A stretch of 64,000 bases of DNA from Mustelus asterias (taxonomy: Eukaryota): positions 1,178,001-1,242,000 of the forward strand of contig NW_027590120.1 in the NCBI RefSeq assembly GCF_964213995.1. The letters are read 5' to 3'. A program made the translations under genes and the position numbers. Under the pieces are notes generated by a model. The model did no database searches. It was not told where the DNA came from and saw only the letters and a program-made list of their open reading frames with translations. This document shows, piece after piece, positions 1-11,767 of this stretch (position 1 is its first letter; each line of letters starts with the position of its first letter).

Positions 1-88
1 TTTGATATCCTAATCCTACTGATTTCAGGCATGGTCAAGTTTCAGTACAACATCCACAGTACACTTTTTACATTATCTCAGGAACAAT

Positions 89-1740
89 AAACATAGAACA
101 TAGAACATTACAGCGCAGAACAGGCCCTTCGGCCCACGATGTTGCACCGACCAGTTAAAAAAAAAACTGTGACCCTCCAACCTAAACCAATTTCTTTTCG
201 TCCATGAACCTATCTACGGATCTCTTAAACGCCCCCAAACTAGGCGCATTTACTACTGATGCTGGCAGGGCATTCCAATCCCTCACCACCCTCTGGGTAA
301 AGAACCTACCCCTGACATCGGTTCTATAACTACCCCCCCTCAATTTAAAGCCATGCCCCCTCGTGCTGGATTTCTCCATCAGAGGAAAAAGGCTATCACT
401 ATCCACCCTATCTAAACCTCTAATCATCTTATATGTTTCAATAAGATCCCCTCTTAGCCGCCGCCTTTCCAGCGAAAACAATCCCAAATCCCTCAGCCTC
501 TCCTCATAGGATCTCCCCTCCATACCAGGCAACATCCTGGTAAACCTCCTCTGCACCCTCTCCAAAGCCTCCACATCCTTCCTGTAATGTGGGGACCAGA
601 ACTGCACACAGTACTCCAAGTGCGGCCGCACCAGAGTTGTGTACAGTTGCAACATAACGCTACGACTCCTAAATTCAATCCCCCTACCAATAAACGCCAA
701 GACACCATATGCCTTCTTAACAACCTTATCTACTTGATTCCCAACTTTCAGGGATCTATGCACACATACACCTAGATCCCTCTGCTCCTCCACACTATTC
801 AAAGTCCTCCCGTTAGCCCTATACTCAACACATCTGTTATTCCTACCAAAGTGAATTACCTCACACTTCTCCGCATTAAACTCCATCCGCCACCTCTCGG
901 CCCAACTTTGCAACCTGTCTAAGTCTTCCTGCAAACTACGACACCCTTCCTCACTGTCTACCACACCACCGACTTTGGTGTCATCAGCAAATTTGCTAAT
1001 CCACCCAACTATACCCTCATCCAGATCATTAATAAATATTACAAACAGCAGTGGCCCCAAAACAGATCCCTGAGGTACACCACTTGTAACCGCACTCCAT
1101 GATGAATATTTACTATCAACCACCACCCTCTGTTTCCTATCCGCTAGCCAATTCCTGATCCAATTTCCTAGATCACCCCCAATCCCATACATCTGCATTT
1201 TCTGCAGAAGCCTACCATGGTGAACCTTATCAAACGCCTTACTAAAATCCATATATACCACGTCCACTGCCTTGCCCCCATCCACCTCCTTGGTCACTTT
1301 CTCAAAAAACTCAATAAGGTTAGTAAGGCACGACCTACCTGCCACAAAACCATGCTGACTATCACCTATCAATTCATTACTCTCCAAATAACTATAAATC
1401 CTATCCCTTATAATTTTTTCCAACATCTTGCCGACAACAGAAGTGAGACTCACCGGTCTATAATTCCCGGGGAAGTCTCTGTTCCCCTTCTTAAACAATG
1501 GGACAACATTCGCTAACCTCCAATCTTCTGGTACTATACCAGAGGCCAACGACGACCCGAAGATCAGAGCCAGAGGCTCTGCAATCACTTCTCTTGCCTC
1601 CCAGAGAATCCTTGGATAAATCCCATCCGGACCAGGGGATTTATCTATTTTCAGACCCTCCAGAATATCCTGCACATCCTCCTTATCAACTGTAATACTG
1701 TCTATTCTACTCCCTTGCAACCCAGTGTCCTCCTCAGCTC
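89..1740 (-). mobile_element. CR1-clade LINE, 5'-truncated, with uninterrupted RT half of ORF2 (ORF 182-1720) and 3' microsatellite tail
   Basis: ORF has PGPDG, NYRPVSLTS, DFSKAFDKV, GVPQGSVLGP and KFADDTK RT motifs. (AACATAG)n tail at about 89-107. Confidence 0.95.
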
Positions 1741-2284
1741 ACTGATCGACTTCCCTGTTCCTTTAGTAAAACAACGAAGATTGCAAAGTATCTCACAGCC
1801 CATCCGCTGATATCTGAACATTCGAACACAAAAATTAGGCTGCCTGCAATCTGCTCTACCATTCAGTCAGATTACAGTTCATCTGATCTTCCGTTTAAAT
1901 CCACTTTGCTGCCTTGATCTTCTTGAACCGTGGCATAAATTTTAGTTAAAATGTTGGTTTCACTCAGCTTTAAAATTATTCTGTGGCCCTCAGCCTCCAC
2001 CGTTCTCTGGACTCTCACTGGAGTCTCAGGCACTAATGCTCGGATGCGAAAGCTAAGAGAATGTGCACAGAACATTGATTGGAAATCCACCAAATCAATC
2101 AACACTCCTTGCTCCTCCGTTCCAATAACAAAATGAAGTTTCTTTTTTCTTGACATCCCGTTTCCAAAGCGGAACAATTCGCCCAACAGGGACACCGAAT
2201 GGAGGACAAGTTGGAGAGCTTCCATTCACTAACAGTCATCTGAGCAATTATCAATCTCACGGAGCCACTGGCGAGACACGGAAC

Positions 2285-2313
2285 TGACGCGTGAGCATTC
2301 TGAGACACGTCAT
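2285..2313 (+). promoter_or_regulatory. CRE-like half sites in the promoter of V segment 1
   Basis: TGACGC and ACGTCA lie about 75-105 bp upstream of the leader ATG. CRE-type elements are typical of TCR V promoters. Function is inferred. Confidence 0.35.
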
Positions 2314-2388
2314 CAGATTATTAAGGGTGGGGATTAGAATGGGTGTCTTCAAATATCCGATTCCTCCTTTACAGAGCGGACAGAGACA

Positions 2389-2847
2389 ATGAAGATACTC
2401 GTCATTTGGATTGTGTGGGGGGCATTTCTAACAGGTATATCTGGACATTACGTTTGTTTTCTCATTTCCAAAACTTGGGTTGAATCTTACTGTTGAGTAC
2501 TCGTCACTCTATTCTTTATCTATTTGAACATATTTTCCAGATCTGACCCATGGAGATTCTGTCACTCAGTCGCTGTCCTCAGATGTTAAGACAGAAGGAG
2601 ACGCGGTGACATTAAACTGCAACTATGATACTGCAGAAACCAGCTATATTTTATACTGGTACCGACAGCATCCAGACTCCCAGCCCGAGTACATACTGTG
2701 GAAGCTCTCAGGGGGTAATGAAGATAAAGCAGATTTTGCTAAAATCCGTTTCTCGACTGACCTCCAAACCTCGAAGAAATCCATCAGTTTGACTATCTCG
2801 GATCTGCAGTTGTCTGACGCGGCCGTGTATTACTGCGCTTTCAGCCT
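2389..2847 (+). CDS. TRAV: T-cell receptor alpha/delta-type V gene segment (V1), apparently functional; leader exon 2389-2434, intron 2435-2540, V exon 2541-2847
   Basis: Leader MKILVIWIVWGAFLT with phase-1 GT donor and ttttccAG acceptor. V exon reads DLTHGDSVTQ...VTLNC...LYWYRQ...LTISDLQLSDAAVYYCAFS, keeping both Ig cysteines and the conserved Trp. TRAV versus TRDV cannot be resolved here. Confidence 0.92.
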
Positions 2848-2886
2848 CACAGTGATGGAAAGCAGTTTGACTCCTGTACAAAAACT
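2848..2886 (+). other. 23-RSS of V1
   Basis: CACAGTG (2848-2854), 23-nt spacer, ACAAAAACT (2878-2886). Confidence 0.95.
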
Positions 2887-3998
2887 GTCTCAGCAAGATA
2901 AGTCAGAGCTCCTCGCTGCTGTATAGAACTTCTGGCAGATGCAGCCACAATGAGCAGCGGCGCTGTCAGCCGCTCAAACACAAACCGACAGGAAACCACA
3001 TTCACCTCGGATCAACTGTCACCCAACTGTTTCCAGGAGAGGCCGAGAAAACAAACTGCAGAACCGTTTTAGGCCGACAAGTCCATCACATAATGAATGT
3101 GTCAATTGAATCGTCCCTTCTGCTGCTAATCAACTCTGTATTCCTCTAAAATCAGACCTGGGTGATAAAATCCCAAACATCCGTCAAACCTGGCCGTGAA
3201 GCGCCACACACACAGCAGACGGACAGTTCTCCATGTCTGTGTGACGTCCTCTGATCCCGAAGTCCCTATTTGTCCTTTTCCTTCTTTTTCCATGCTGCTT
3301 ACCATATTGAACACCCGTCGCTCGATCTCCCTTTTCAGTTTCTGGGGGCCTTTGAGGGTGAGCTGTTCATAGCGTTTATTTGATCACTATTGCTACATTC
3401 CAGACAGCTTGCACACCCTGAACACATTTCATAAAGTTGCGACTTTGATTTCTCAAATAAATCCGAAGTTCAGAGCAGCCAGTTTCCACATCTCCCTGAC
3501 TGTCTCCACCGAAGACCAGGGTAGCATTAAACTTCTTATCATATCCGCATTGTTCATCTGTTTCTCGCTGCTCCTCGTTTCTGTAAATCAGATGAGTATT
3601 CGAATACTGTTCGGGAAAGATTGTGAAATTCAATTGAATGATCAAAGTCAATGAGTTCTGAAATCTGTTCATTTTTCATAAACTGTTTCTGACCCAACAA
3701 CACACTCTGATCAAATAAAACCAGAGGACTGGTCTCGGGCCAAAGGCTCCAGAAATCTAAAAGGGGAGATGAACAAGAGTTGTTTAGTGTTACAGACAGG
3801 CGTGGAAACAGCTTCAAAACACTAATTAAACGAAATAGATCAAATAGATTTCTAAAGGCGAGTTTTATTATGAATGCGCGTTAAAATCAACGAATACAAT
3901 TCCGCAAGTGTCCCTCACCTCTTCTCATGGGGGGTTATATTTTGTTCTTTTCTGTGACTCTCACTGGGTTTAATTCTTGTCCCGATTGATCAGTGTGA

Positions 3999-4017
3999 CA
4001 GCGCCATCTTCTGGCCA
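3999..4017 (-). promoter_or_regulatory. CTCF-like motif just downstream of the pseudo-V2 RSS
   Basis: Minus strand TGGCCAGAAGATGGCGCTG, one mismatch to CCASYAGRKGGCRS. Confidence 0.55.
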
Positions 4018-4041
4018 CCAACTGGAACTCCCATTCTGGGG

Positions 4042-4509
4042 GGTTTCGGACTGGATCCGCTCTATCTCTGTATCAGTGTGTGCTCCATCGCACGGAAATA
4101 CACGGCAGTATCCGACAGAAGAGCCCCCGCGAGATATACAGGAACTGTTTCATTTCCTTTCTGCAAATCTGCAGAAAACCTCCGTTTGGGGACCTTTCGT
4201 AACCCCCTAAGCTATATTTCTTCAGGAAATATCTCGGAGCTTCCCCGGAATACTGCATGTACCAGAGTAGAGTTGGGGTAGTGTAGGTTATCAAGTAACG
4301 GCAGTCCAGTCCACACTGTCCTTCCCGAATTGTCAATTCGAAATGAACCTGGAACACTGAAATTTTGCCACTCATTCATGTCACACAAATACAGACTGGC
4401 TCAAAAGTCAGGGTTTAAAAATAACCACTGGATGACATGGTTACCGTTTAATAATGGACTCGCCGGGCAGCAAGATCATTATAATCAGTAAGGAGCATGG
4501 AGAACACAT
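4042..4509 (-). pseudogene. TCR V pseudogene (V2); leader 4509-4464, V exon about 4377-4081, degenerate 23-RSS 4080-4042
   Basis: Leader MCSPCSLLIIMILLP (46 nt) with donor GCGAGT and acceptor CAT instead of CAG. V exon SVFQ..ELTIREG..LDC..LLWYMQYSGEAPRY, then a frameshift, then RFSADLQKGNETVPVYLAGALLSDTAVYFRAME (Cys to Arg). RSS CACACTG-23-TCCGAAACC. Confidence 0.85.
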
Positions 4510-4904
4510 GGTTTCCGTGTATACACTTCGATACGAAGTAACAAAATGCTCTAATTCTGCCGGTGATTCCAATCCAGTGTAAAGGGTAGCCCCTGTTATA
4601 ATCTGGGTTTATTTTTTGAGAAACTGAGGGGCATTTCCCAGAGACAGGATTGGCTACTCTGCCGGAACTGATGGATATTCCCCGCCAATAAATGAGAGCT
4701 GTAAAGAATCGCATTTTCTGGTTCCTTCTGTGTCTCATGTGACTTTCATCATAACTCTGTCTCATTGCTTCCGTCTCTCTGTTATACCAACCTCTCATTT
4801 TTTGTAAACCTTCTTATCGCTATCAAATGACTGAAAATTAATTCAAATAATTCAAGGGGTGACAACCGATTTTGACAAACTCGACAAACAAAGCTACCCG
4901 AAAC

Positions 4905-4921
4905 CACCAGCAGGTGGCGTG
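4905..4921 (+). promoter_or_regulatory. CTCF-like motif about 400 bp upstream of the pseudo-V2 leader
   Basis: CCAGCAGGTGGCG (4907-4919) matches CCASYAGRKGGCR exactly. Confidence 0.6.
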
Positions 4922-5436
4922 ACTTACCGTCGTTGCGGAGTTTTCACATTGCTACCTGACAATCAATGTGTCCTTTCTATTTGTCTCATTTAATGAATCC
5001 GTCATTACCAGAGACCATGAGAATGGCGGTGTAAATAAGAAACAGCTAAAGTTAACGACATAAACTTAAGATCACGTGTGTTCTCCGCTCTTGGATTGTT
5101 TGGAAATGGATAATGTTCACCAGATTTAAGCAGTGATCCTTCCTTGTTGATCAGCCCCACTACTCGCCATCAGCAATTGCTGAAACGATTCATTCCGCTG
5201 CTGTCTGCACCCGGGCAAAGTCAGTGAAGGCAAAAGTAGCGGAGCAGACCATGGCTGTATTTTGCGTTTCATTGACAGTCATCCAATGGAGCAGCACCAC
5301 CTTATCCTCACTGCTCACATCCGCACAGCGAAGTGTGTAAACCACCAAAGAAATTCTGTAAATTCAGAACATTTGCAGATCGTGCGATGGGCCCTTCACC
5401 CCATCGTGCGTGCTTGGCTGTCATTAATTGGTACAG

Positions 5437-5750
5437 TGGTGTCACAGTGGTTAGCACTGCTGCCTCATAATTCCAGGAATCCGGGTTCAGTTCCAGGCTA
5501 CGTGGAGTTTGCAGATGCTCCCAGTGTCTGTGTGGGGTGCCCCTTTTCCTCCGCCAGTTCAATGATGTGCAGGTTAGATGCGTTCAGCATGCCAACTTGT
5601 CAGAAATTTGTGGGTTAGAATAAATCGCCACGAAAAGTCTGTGGGGTTACGGTGATGGAGCAGGGGAGAGGACCAGGAAAATATACCCTGTCGGAGAGTC
5701 ACTGCAGACTCGAAGAGCTTGATGGCCTCCTTTTGCACTGTATGGATTCG
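5437..5750 (+). mobile_element. Degraded HE1/V-SINE-type SINE with CR1-like tail
   Basis: tRNA-like head GGTGTCACAGTGGTTAGCACTGCTGCCTCA, V-domain-like core and GCAGACTCGA..GGCCTCC tail. Confidence 0.7.
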
Positions 5751-6111
5751 AAGACAATTGTTGATCTTTTCATCAACTGCATTCCCTAAACTCCATATTC
5801 CTTATGCAAACGTAATTGGAGCAGCGCTGGGAAGCTTACTTCCAGCAATGTAACTCAAACATACGTGAGAGTTTCTTTATTGAATTTTCAGTCATCTACC
5901 TGAATCACTCAAACATTCTGGGTTCATGCCTACCATTAAGGATACCTGTGGCCACGGAGGGGCATCATGGTGATTGAATAAGCAGTGATCCTTAATTGAG
6001 TTACAATTAATGAATCAGTCGTTATAGTAAAAGACTGAGTTTTTATTTGCTGTTAAAATGTAAAATCTTAATTGCTGTGTATGTAACGAATGTGCAATGA
6101 AGATAAATTTT

Positions 6112-6415
6112 TAAAGTTTATTTATTTGTGTCACAAGTAGGTTCACATTAACACTGCAATGAAGTGACTGTGAAAATCCTCCAGTCGCCACATCCGGCGC
6201 CTGTTCGGGTTACACTGAGGGAGAATTTAGCATGACCAATGCACCAAACCAGCACGTCTTTCAGACTGGGGAAGGAAACAGGAGCGGCTGGAGGAAACCC
6301 ACGCAGACACGGGGAGAACGTGCAGACACCACATGGACAGTGACCCAAAACGAGAATCGAAACCAGATCCCTGGCGCTGTGAGGCAGCAATGCCAACCAC
6401 TGTGCCACCGTGCCG
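6112..6415 (-). mobile_element. HE1/V-SINE-type SINE
   Basis: Reverse complement of the head CACGGTGGCACAGTGGTT, the V-domain core and the tail ...CTTGTGACACAAATAAATAAACTTT. Confidence 0.8.
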
Positions 6416-6827
6416 CAGCTGGCGTAGTGTACTGGCGAGAGAGATCTTCAAACTCTGATTAGCCTCAACATTTGAAACTGTGTGAATAAGGGGATTGTAT
6501 AGAATCAGTTAAAGGGACAGCATGAACCAGTTCTCTTGTATTCCTGTCTAAGATAATGAGCGAAAGTGGTGTCAGTAATTGAGGATCCAATTCAATTAAT
6601 CTGGTGACCAAATTGACCAATTGTCATGTTCCAACAGGCCCAACTCTGACGTGAGGTAACGGTCACTTTGGGGATAAAAGTAGAGGTTCTGAAGGTCTTC
6701 CTTGTGAACCAAATTCTGAAAACTCCCGAGGCTGAGTTCCAAGGAAATTCCTGTGAAAGAAGGAGCCAGAGAGGGTTACTCTTCTACGGACCGATCACCC
6801 GCATGAAGTTGTGAAAGTCAATGTCTT

Positions 6828-7105
6828 AAAGTTTATTTATTAGTCACAAGTAGGCTTACATTCACGCTGCAATGAAATTACTGTGAAATTCCCCTAGTTG
6901 CCACATTCTGGCGCCTGTTCAGGTACACTGAATGAGAATTTAGCATGGCCAATCCACCTAACCTGCACATCATTGGGCTGTGGGAGGAAACCGGAGGACT
7001 TGGAGGAAACCCATGCAGACATGGGGAGAATGTGCAGACTCCGCACAGACAGGGACCCAAGCCGGGACGCTGTAAGGCAGCAGTAACCACTGTGCCACCG
7101 TGCTC
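6828..7105 (-). mobile_element. HE1/V-SINE-type SINE
   Basis: Same head, core and tail as 6112-6415. Confidence 0.75.
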
Positions 7106-7469
7106 AGTTGTTCAGTAAACCTTTTTCATTCAATAAACTTCTTTTTAAATTTACTATCCAGAGAATTCTGCCTTTACCACAAAGAGGTCAGGGAACAGAT
7201 AAAGAGAAACCATTTGTGTCCAGAACATTGTGAACATCCTTTTACTCTGTTGTCTTTGGTGGACGCTAAGTCCGAAGGATACACCGGACCTGGGGGGTGT
7301 CCAAGCGTCTGGGGCGGAGGGGGCGACTGGGCCGCCGTCGCACGGGGGCCCGCAATCCGGGAAAGGTGAGCCCGGGGGGAACCCCTCCTCCACCGATCCT
7401 GGGGGTGGGATCGGGGAGGGGCTAGGGCTAGTTGGTGGCTCCGTGCCGCCCGCCGTAAAAGTGGGGGGT

Positions 7470-7720
7470 TGGAGGTTTAGGGGGGATTTGAGGAAAAACT
7501 TTACCCAGAGGGTGGTGATAGTCTGGAATGCACTGCCTGAGAGGGTGGTGGAGGCGGGATGCCTCACATCCTTCAAAAAGTATCTGGATGAGTACCTGGC
7601 CATAACATGGGCCAAGTGCTGGCAAGTGGGATTAGGTGGGCAGGTCAGGGCCTTTCATGCATCAGTGCAGACTCGATGGGCCAAAGGGCCTCTTCTGCAC
7701 TGTAGTAATCTGTGATTCTG
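7470..7720 (+). mobile_element. CR1 LINE 3' end fragment
   Basis: Translates RFRGDLRKNFTQRVVIVWNALPERVVEAG..FKKYLD, followed by a CR1-type 3' UTR. Confidence 0.8.
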
Positions 7721-8829
7721 TTACCATTACCTTACATTGGTAGATTCACAAATGTTACACTAACATTTTGAAACTTAAACCTGCCATTTCACTCAGTCAG
7801 GAACAGATCCGTTTTACACCAATCTCTGATTTGACAGCCCGTTTCCATTATTCACTGTTGTTCTTCCTGACTCTAAAACACATTGTAAAGGAGTTTCTGT
7901 TCCGTGTCCAGGAGCTCAGAGTCATGGAAGAAAGCGGCTGGACACATTTCTCACGCACCTCAGGATTAACCCACATGGAGATTTTGCTGTCAGTGAAGAG
8001 AGATGAGATAAAGATAAAGTGGGGGGTGAGCCCACTTGTGCTTCAGCCGGGCGGGGGGGGGGGGGGGGTGGGGGCGGTGTGGAGGGGTGGAATGAACAAA
8101 TGAATCACTTCCCACAGTCCCCACATTTCCATGGTTTCCCCCCAGCTTGACTGTGCTTTTATCTTGTGTCCCCTCATAACTGACTCTTCAACTAAGAGGA
8201 ACAGCTGCTCCCTCTGCACCCTGTCCATGCCCTTCTTTCTTCACCCAGAGAGTGGTGAATGTGGGGAAATCAGTACCTCAGAAAATAATTAAGGCCAAAG
8301 TGTTTTGTGATTTGAAGAAGGAATTACAAACAGCTCTTGGGCCTAAAGGGATATGGGGAGAGAACCGGGATCACGTATTGAATTTGATGATCAGCCATGA
8401 TCATAATAAATGGCAGAGTAGCTCAAAGGAGTGAATGACCGACCCCTGCTTCTAGTTTCTATGTATGTTTCAATGTTACAAGGCCTCTAACTCAAATATA
8501 ACTGTTAATTGTCAATGGCTGGGGAGTTAACAGTTCCAGACCTTAGCTCATCCAGACTTGATGGGATTCACAGTCCGTACTCTGTAATTAAACCATAAAA
8601 AGTTTAACTCTGCACCATCCACGGGCCATGTGATGTATTTCGCTTGTCAAATAAGGATGCAGCTACAGACAAAGAGCCAGTCACATGATACTAATGTCTT
8701 ACACCGATTACAACTGAGCAGAATATCACATCAGGTTAAATGATGAATATAATTCAATTACTTGATCATTACACATAGCAAGTATAAACTAACTTCAACA
8801 TGAGTTTTCCTCCAGTCTCTCAGTTGAGT

Positions 8830-9715
8830 CAAGCAACAGGTGGACACGGAGACAGGTAGGAAAGCAAGTTGTGAGGAATCTGCTAAGGGACAAATATAAT
8901 TTAGTGAATGGGCAAAAATCTCAGCAGATGGAGTTTGATGTGGGAAAATATGAGAATGTCCACTTTAGCAGGAAGAATGGAAAAAAAACTGAATATAATT
9001 TAAATAAGAGTGTAGAATGCTGCAGGACAGAGGGATCTGGGTGAACTTCTAAAAGAATCACAGAAAAGGAACATGCAGGAACAGCAAGTAATTAGGAAGG
9101 TTTTCTGTAATGGGGATGGGAAGTAAAAGTAAAGAAGTCTTACTGCAACTGTACATGGAATTGGTGTGACTGCACCGAGACATGTACAGATTTGGTCTCC
9201 TGACTTAACCAGGGATATCGGTAAATTGGAGACTGTTCAGGAAAGGTTCACGAAACTCAGTACTGGGATGAAGGAGTTTGTCTTATGGGGAAAATTGAGC
9301 AAGTTGGGTCTGTACTCAGTGACAATTAGAAGAATAAGAGGTGATCTTTTTGAAACATGAGATTCAGAGGGATCTTGTTGGGGTGGATGCTGAGAGAATG
9401 TTTGCTTTTGTGGGGGAATCTAGAAGCAGGAGACACGGTTTAAAGATAAGGGCTCTCCCATTTCAGACAGAGATCAGGAGAAATTTCTTCACCGAGGGTC
9501 ATTAGTTTGTGGAATTCACTTCCCCAGAGAGCTATGGGTCATTGAACATATTCAAGGCTGAGTGAGACAGAGTTTTAATTAACAAGGAGTCAAGAATTAT
9601 GGAGCAGCAGGAAAGTGGAGTGAAGGCCACAGTCAGATCAGCCATGATTCTTACTGAATTGTGGAGCAGGCTTGAGGGCTGAATGGCCTGCACCTGCTCC
9701 TAATTATTGTGATCA
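8830..9715 (+). mobile_element. Degraded CR1 LINE 3' part
   Basis: Remnants of VQIWSP..LETVQERFTKL..LGLYS..RIRGDLFET and a CR1 3' UTR. Confidence 0.75.
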
Positions 9716-11339
9716 TATGAGACAAAGTCCCATCTTCACACTGAGAATACCCTCCATCATCTTGTGTGGCACTATCACCATGCTAAACGGGATAGATTCA
9801 GAATAGACATAGATCAAAACTGCACATCCATGAGGTGCTGTGGGTCATCAGCAGCTCAATATTCAACCACTATCTGTAAACTCATGGCCCGGCACATCCC
9901 TCACTCGACCATTACCATCAAGCCAAGGGACCAACTCTGGTTCAACATGGAGTGTAGGACGACATGTCAGGAGCAGCACCAGGCACCCTAAAACAGATTC
10001 CAATATGGTGACTATAACACGGGACTTTAAGGGGCGGGTGGGACAGGGACGAAAGGAAGGTCTGTGAGAGGGTGGAAGACAGGAGAGATTGAATGAGAGA
10101 AAAGTGAATCCCCCCCCAGAGCCAAACTCCCTCAGAGGCTCCCACACTGCATTCCAACAAACTGAACTGGATTGGACTGAATGGGAAGTCATGGCAATGT
10201 AACCCTCACTGACTTCATGGATCAAGTACATTTCTGGATGGAAATTAGCTGCATAGACTCCAGCCTGGTTGTTGGTGTGAAACAGGAGCTGATGTCTATC
10301 TGTGTGTGTGTGAGTCCCTGCCTGCAGCTCCCAGAGAGTTTAAAATCCTGCATCTGTCTCTCTGCAGAGCTGCTGGTTAAAGACACATTTACAGCATTGA
10401 TCAGACAGAAACTTCACTCTCATTCTCTCCCTCCCCTCCCCCAGCCAGTGCTTCTGTTAAAAGAAGTTGAAACGCTTTATTTTGCAGCTCTGATCTCTGG
10501 TGAATCATTAACCACTAAGCACAGGGCACACACACACATTCACACACCCGGACAGACAACAGACAGATTGTAAATCAGAAGTGGGATTTGTAAACGCAGC
10601 AACAAAGAACTTTGCAAGATATTGTTTCAGTTCAGGCAACTTAAGGAAAAGTGAACTTTGCAAGAATCAGCAAAGGGTGCAAACCTGTAGCCGATGGAGT
10701 CCTGGATGAACAAGTTGTACAATCCACATTCAGACCTGGCCTCTCTCTCTCTCTGGCAGTGCAGGGCTGCGAGTTAATTGAAACCCATCTTCTCTCAGCT
10801 CCCAGTGCTGGTGATGTGAAGCTGGGAGTGGGGGGGAGGGAGAGCCTTGGGATAAACCATTTGCCTGGTGCTCAGTAACCCACACACACACCACCCCCAC
10901 ACATTCAGAGACAGGTTGGTGTTGGACTGGGCCAGGTAGGAGGAGGTGTGTTCAGGTGAGGTGGAGGAGCTGTGGTTGGATGAGGATTGATTGGGGAGGT
11001 GTGGGACTCAGTGAGGTTATAAAAAGGCTGGCGATGCATTGTTCTGTCTCTCTCTCCACGTGGGTTGGTAAGTATCAGGTAAGCTGTGTCTTTGTGAGTG
11101 AGTGAGTCAGTGTGTGCTTGCATGGAGTTCCAGCTCTGATATTTTAACCCCCCCTTTCCCAGCACAAAGCCCCTGTTCCTGGATCTCTCTCCCCCACCAT
11201 GGGAGAGGGGATGGAAGGAGTTGGAGAGATCACCGAGGGAAAACATGTGCGATGGTGAGTATGAACCTCTTCACTTTCTGTCCGCACCTTTCCCGCCTCA
11301 GCCCTGCTTTTCTCTCTGTTTGCAGCCTCCTCTCAATCT

Positions 11340-11767
11340 CCCGCTCCATCTTTCTCTCTCTCAACCTTTCTCTCTCTCAATCTCTCTCTCAATCTCTCTG
11401 TCTTTCTCTCTCTAAATCTTTCTCTCTCTAAATCTTTCTCTCTCTAAATCTTTCTCTCTCAATCTCTCTCTGTCTTTCTATGTCTCAATCTTTCTCTCTC
11501 TCAATCTTTCTGTCTCTCAATCTTTCTGTCTCTCAATCTTTCTCTCTCTCAATCTTTCTGTCTCTCAATCTTTCTGTCTCTCAATCTTTCTCTCTCTCAA
11601 TCTTTCTCTCTCTCAATCTTTCTCTCAATCTTTCTGTCTCTCAATCTTTCTGTCTCTCAATCTTTCTGTCTCTCAATCTTTCTGTCTCTCAATCTTTCTC
11701 TCTCTCAATCTTTCTCTCAATCTTTCGCTCTGTCTTTCTCAATCTTTCTCTCTCAATAGTTCTCTCT
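11340..11767. repeat. CT-rich micro/minisatellite (TCTCTCAATCTT-type units) running into a gap
   Basis: Direct inspection. Confidence 0.9.

Noticed and set aside
8474-8800. Solo LTR with TGTT...AACA ends
   Set aside because: No target-site duplication or convincing internal signals.
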